Below are positions 59,820-64,000 of a DNA stretch of 64,000 nt, piece after piece. The position numbers were made by a program, and so were the translations under genes. The notes beneath the pieces were generated by a model. It saw only the letters and a list, made by a program, of their open reading frames with translations, searched no databases and had not been told where the DNA came from. The DNA lies in assembly GCA_965215015.1 (NCBI GenBank), contig OZ244042.1:5568001-5632000 (forward strand). The letters run 5' to 3'. Origin of the DNA: Candidatus Poribacteria bacterium (GTDB taxonomy: Bacteria; Poribacteria; WGA-4E; PCPOR2b). How positions within the stretch are numbered: position 1 is the stretch's first letter; each line of letters starts with the position of its first letter.

Positions 59820-62800
59820 CTACTTCAGAATCAGCATCTTACGGGTTGCAGAGAAGTCTCCTGCACTCAGGCTGTAGAAGTAGATGCCACTGGCTACCTG
59901 TTCACCGAAACGGTTTCGGCCGTCCCAGTAGATGGCTTTGGCTCTCGACTCATACACCGCCGCTGTCTGATGCCCCATATCGAGGGTTCGCACCGCCAGA
60001 CCGGTGCTATCGTAGATGGTCAAGACGACATCCGCATCTGATGCCAACCGATACGGTATCCACGTCTCTGGGTTGAATGGATTCGGATAGTTTCGCAGCA
60101 GCTCCGTCTCTGACGGAATCTCATAGGCGATGAGGTCTGCCAACTCAATCCGAGTGGCTTTCACATCGTCAACCGTAACGATATGACGCACCGGCTGGAC
60201 ACCGATTAACGGACTGGGTGAATCTGCCGAAATCTCCAGGACATCCCCCACCTGTGCCGCATGACCCACCTTCAGGTCAACAAAGGTCATGTTGTAGCCT
60301 GTTGTTTTCTCTGTGGAGGTCACCCGGTTGAGTGCGGCTTTGGTGGACAGATTCTTCACCTTGACCCGGAATCCGTCCTGCGCCACTCCGGTGGTCTCAT
60401 CAACGACCGAACCGTTGACATCCAGGACAGGGGTTTGACCGGCAACCTGATGACTAACCAACGTGATAGGGGCAGCCGCCGCCGTGTCCTGACTCCAACC
60501 GGTTCCGATAAGAGCAGCCGTTGCATCGGTGGTTGCTGTGACCAGATAGGCTGCATCGCCCATGACCGGTCCATCATTTACATCGCCTGCCGCTGCAACG
60601 GACTTGTATCCCTCCGCCGTTGAAACAACAACACTCGCCACAACGCCGGTAGCAAACAGCGCGGCAATGTCGCTGACATTGGTCAGTCTCGCATCGTTAA
60701 CGGGTAGACCGATGAGGTTAGAACCGGCTGTTAGATTGATGGTTGATGCGCCGTCGTCCCAGGCATACCCGGTGAAAGTCACCGTCGCTTCAGCACTCAT
60801 CGAAACGAGGATACCTAGGTCTGCGGTAATTGGGACATCGTCGCTCCGGCTATTCCATAAATCGGTGGCCCTATCATAGACAATCAGCAGATTGGCGTTG
60901 CTGCCGAGCATCTCTCGGAGGTCGCCTACCGTGTCGAGCCCCTCAACTGCCAACGGGACGTGGAACAGGCTCGTCCCCGCCGGTATCACAGAGGTATAGG
61001 ACAGCATGTTGTCCAACGTAACCATCGCCGTGCCGATGCCGCTGTTGCCTGCGGCGTCGATCGCGGTTACGGTGATGGTTTTGGAGCCATTGATGGCTGT
61101 GTTATCTTCACTGACAACGAGTGAGGCACTATACGACCCATCGGCGCCCATCGTCAGAGCAACCCCATCGGTTTGGGTGGTGTCTAACGTAGAGACATCC
61201 GCCATCACGGAGGTGATGCTGCTCGCGTCGGAGACGGTCGCAGAGATTTCCACCGGCTCACCGTCGGCCACGGTCTCAGGAGACGCCATCGCCATCACGG
61301 TCGGCATTGTGCTGTCAAGCGTCAACGCATTGGACACCATCACACTTTGACCATTCAGACTGACAGACACATCATACATACCATCGGCGTGCTGATCTGC
61401 GACGACGGTAAACGCCCCGCTGTAGGTGCCGCTCGATACTTCTGCCATCGAGTGGTCGGTGACAATCGAACCGACGGAGAACATGACGGTTCGACCCGCC
61501 GTGCCCATGGCACTGACCGTGACGGTATCACCCGCCATAGCCAGTGCAGGTTCAATGGTGACGCTGCCTTCGGTAATGGCTATCACAGAGGTTGTGACCG
61601 TGACCGGCTGGCTCGCCATCGTCAGACCGGGTGCTGTCGCGGTAATCGTTGCCATCCCGGGAGTCGAATCTTGATAGTAGACCATCGCTGAGACCTCGCC
61701 GCCTGCAACGGTTACGGTGATGCTCTCGGTTCCCGTCCCTTCAGCGAGCTCAGAGAACATGCCTGCGGAGCTGGAGGTCAGGGTGACCGACACATCGGAC
61801 GCCATCGCTACCTCATGCCCATCGGCATCTCTCAATCCGACGGTGATACCTAACGGCATCGCCCCCTCGTCGGCTGAAACGGTGCCGGCACTGCTCAGTG
61901 TGAGTTGGGTCGGCGTCGAGTCTTGGACGCGCACCGACACGTTGGAGGCTACCTGTCGACCATCAAACAGCATGACGAATCTAGAGACCTCACGGTTGGC
62001 GGGGGCGTCGGCATTGTGGTAGGTGAAGATAATTTCATCTCCCGCTTCGACCTCAAGCCCGCCCAATTTCACACGCGCCACCATGTCTCGGTCGACCGGT
62101 GCCAGTTTCTCGACACTCACCGTCGTCGCAACCCCCATCTGCCGGTGCACCACGGTGTAGGTTCCCTTATTTTCAGGGTCCATCGCCGCACTGCTCGGTG
62201 TTGTCCAACCGGGGGGCACATGCACCCGGAACTCCCGCGGCGCGTTGACGAAGCCGGCAGCAGTGTAGGTAAAGGTCAGGTTCACACCTGTCGCCCCGGC
62301 GTCTACAATCCTCGGGGCGACCTCACCGGAACCGGCACCCTGTCTCGCCTCGTCGACGTCGACGGTCAGCATGGTATCATCGCCGGAGACATCCTCAAAC
62401 TCATCGGCTGCATCGCCCCCGTGCACTCCAACCGCAAAGGCGACACCGGTGTCCGCGGTGGGCTTGGGCTGGACATCACCGGTATAGACAAAGGTCACCG
62501 TCCCGTTGGCACTCAAGTTGACGCCTTCGACGATAGCCATTTGACCACTAAAGGTGGGGGCGATTGCGGGTGTAATTTCCACCGTATCCGCCGTCGGTGC
62601 AGACCAATCGGCGGGAACCTCGAGCCGCACCTTGCCACCTATCATTTGACCGGCTGCCGTGTAGGTGACGGTCAGCTCCCTGCCGGTATCACCGGTATGA
62701 AGCGTACCCTCCCCATCGGTCACAGCAATGACGGCTTTGCCTTTACCACTGGCTTGGGGGTTGACCGTGACGGTCGGCTGCGTTCGAATCGGTGCGAGGT

Positions 62801-64000
62801 TACCGCCTTCACCGCCCTGAACCGCGAACCGAAACGCATCAACACCTGTCGTGGCAGAAGCCACTGCACGCCCTGCATCGGTCGCACCGTAGGTAATCCT
62901 TATCTCATTGGCTTTGTCAAGTGAGAAGATAGGCACGGTCACAGAGAATTTATCATCGTCCGTGACGCTGCCAAGCCCCACGCCCTCCACCTCAGTATAC
63001 CCCGGTAGGCTGACCTCTTCGACCTGCGGTTGACTCCAGCTCGACGGGACGGTGAATTTCAGCACCCCATCTTCAATTGTCTGACTCGGGGTGTAGGTAA
63101 ACACCAATACCACATCGTCGGACGCCGCACGGACGGAGGGGGTATCCAATGTAACCGTTCCCGTCCCGTCCAACGCGCTCGTCACTTTGACTTGTAAGAT
63201 ACCGGGGGCATCTTCATAAATCTTCTGGGTCTTGTCCGGGTTTCTTATCTTCTCCCGGTCGGTGTGTTCCAAGGTACTGGTAATAGCCTCGAAAACGCCG
63301 TCGCCGTCCCCATCGGATCTAATCACGAACTGGGCGGTGCCAACATTGTCCTGAACCACCGCACCGACGTCAGAACCGGTGCCACCTCCATAGATAAATC
63401 GGAAACTCCCCCCTTTGGCAAGGGTATCGATGGTCGCTATCGCGTAGCGATCGTTTATATTATCAGGAAGCAAGGAGACCCCTGCCCCTCTGACCGTCAC
63501 ATAATTCCGCTTGGTCGGATCCTCCTGCATCGACCCCCAACCGTCTGGAATTCCAAGACTCACGGCACCACCGTCCATCGTGCCGGCTGCGGTGAACTCG
63601 ACCGCAATCGCCTGATTGCTACTACCTGCCTCAATCGTCCCCGGCGATAGCACGGCTGCCCCCTTACCGTCTTCGACGTTGCTCAGCGTGACGGTGGCGG
63701 TCCCAGCGGTCCGGGTGCTGGCACCCGATGACGTTCTAAAGGTGCCGGACACTTCGACTGCACCGGCGACATGATGTAAGACAGCTCGACTATCATCGGC
63801 AGCACCATACGTAATCGTGACGGATTCACCGACATCGAGCTGACCGATTGCAACGGTGATGGTGTGCCCGGAGACGGTTATCTGATCCGCACCAATCGCC
63901 CCGGCATTCCTGCTCTTTTGTGCCTCGCCGGAGACGGATACCTCACCGGCAGTTGCGTCTGCCTTGGTTGGTTTACTGCCCAAAGTAGGCGGGATGGTCA
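59820..64000 (-). CDS. Large acidic beta-rich repeat surface/secreted protein with C-terminal FlgD-Ig/T9SS-like domain (5' end outside the window)
   Basis: Frame open to the edge; recurring 'TYTAAG…VP.GW' Ig-like units; C-terminal LLRNYPNPFNPETWIPY…ATRKMLILK. Confidence 0.85.
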   Translation of the reverse strand, partial: TIPPTLGSKPTKADATAGEVSVSGEAQKSRNAGAIGADQITVSGHTITVAIGQLDVGESVTITYGAADDSRAVLHHVAGAVEVSGTFRTSSGASTRTAGTATVTLSNVEDGKGAAVLSPGTIEAGSSNQAIAVEFTAAGTMDGGAVSLGIPDGWGSMQEDPTKRNYVTVRGAGVSLLPDNINDRYAIATIDTLAKGGSFRFIYGGGTGSDVGAVVQDNVGTAQFVIRSDGDGDGVFEAITSTLEHTDREKIRNPDKTQKIYEDAPGILQVKVTSALDGTGTVTLDTPSVRAASDDVVLVFTYTPSQTIEDGVLKFTVPSSWSQPQVEEVSLPGYTEVEGVGLGSVTDDDKFSVTVPIFSLDKANEIRITYGATDAGRAVASATTGVDAFRFAVQGGEGGNLAPIRTQPTVTVNPQASGKGKAVIAVTDGEGTLHTGDTGRELTVTYTAAGQMIGGKVRLEVPADWSAPTADTVEITPAIAPTFSGQMAIVEGVNLSANGTVTFVYTGDVQPKPTADTGVAFAVGVHGGDAADEFEDVSGDDTMLTVDVDEARQGAGSGEVAPRIVDAGATGVNLTFTYTAAGFVNAPREFRVHVPPGWTTPSSAAMDPENKGTYTVVHRQMGVATTVSVEKLAPVDRDMVARVKLGGLEVEAGDEIIFTYHNADAPANREVSRFVMLFDGRQVASNVSVRVQDSTPTQLTLSSAGTVSADEGAMPLGITVGLRDADGHEVAMASDVSVTLTSSSAGMFSELAEGTGTESITVTVAGGEVSAMVYYQDSTPGMATITATAPGLTMASQPVTVTTSVIAITEGSVTIEPALAMAGDTVTVSAMGTAGRTVMFSVGSIVTDHSMAEVSSGTYSGAFTVVADQHADGMYDVSVSLNGQSVMVSNALTLDSTMPTVMAMASPETVADGEPVEISATVSDASSITSVMADVSTLDTTQTDGVALTMGADGSYSASLVVSEDNTAINGSKTITVTAIDAAGNSGIGTAMVTLDNMLSYTSVIPAGTSLFHVPLAVEGLDTVGDLREMLGSNANLLIVYDRATDLWNSRSDDVPITADLGILVSMSAEATVTFTGYAWDDGASTINLTAGSNLIGLPVNDARLTNVSDIAALFATGVVASVVVSTAEGYKSVAAAGDVNDGPVMGDAAYLVTATTDATAALIGTGWSQDTAAAAPITLVSHQVAGQTPVLDVNGSVVDETTGVAQDGFRVKVKNLSTKAALNRVTSTEKTTGYNMTFVDLKVGHAAQVGDVLEISADSPSPLIGVQPVRHIVTVDDVKATRIELADLIAYEIPSETELLRNYPNPFNPETWIPYRLASDADVVLTIYDSTGLAVRTLDMGHQTAAVYESRAKAIYWDGRNRFGEQVASGIYFYSLSAGDFSATRKMLILK

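Noticed and set aside
61905-62924. 339-aa plus-strand ORF and similar antisense ORFs
   Set aside because: Shadow frames opposite strongly supported genes, with no motifs of their own

Overview
Bacterial chromosomal window of about 50% GC. The expanded PhyH dioxygenases, DapA-family aldolases and the 'LLxNYPNPFNPETWIPY...MxILK' C-terminal domain suggest Candidatus Poribacteria, which is an inference and not a search result. Housekeeping blocks include aroA/aroK/aroQ-efp-accB, ilvD, rlmB, rsgA, a PyrR-attenuated HD-pyrR-pyrC...carA-carB region without pyrB, ndk, a DnaJ homologue and moxR. These are mixed with catabolic genes, decaying defence/toxin-antitoxin remnants and many small repeats (GTAG-type REPs, MITE-like elements, a 181-bp tandem array, an IS4 remnant). 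The most notable item is hidden from the ORF track: a single signal-peptide-bearing, two-domain peroxiredoxin read through two in-frame UGA codons, each followed at the same spacing by a near-identical SECIS-like hairpin, i.e. a probable di-selenoprotein. Other highlights are tandem methyltransferase-endonuclease paralogues identical except for a swapped central specificity segment, and a HEPN-like gene inserted with a duplication of the host gene junction. The window also holds an orphan PglZ-domain protein, an AibH1H2-like oxygenase cluster and a dispersed ~115-bp element starting right after stop codons. No rRNA, tRNA or CRISPR array was seen.
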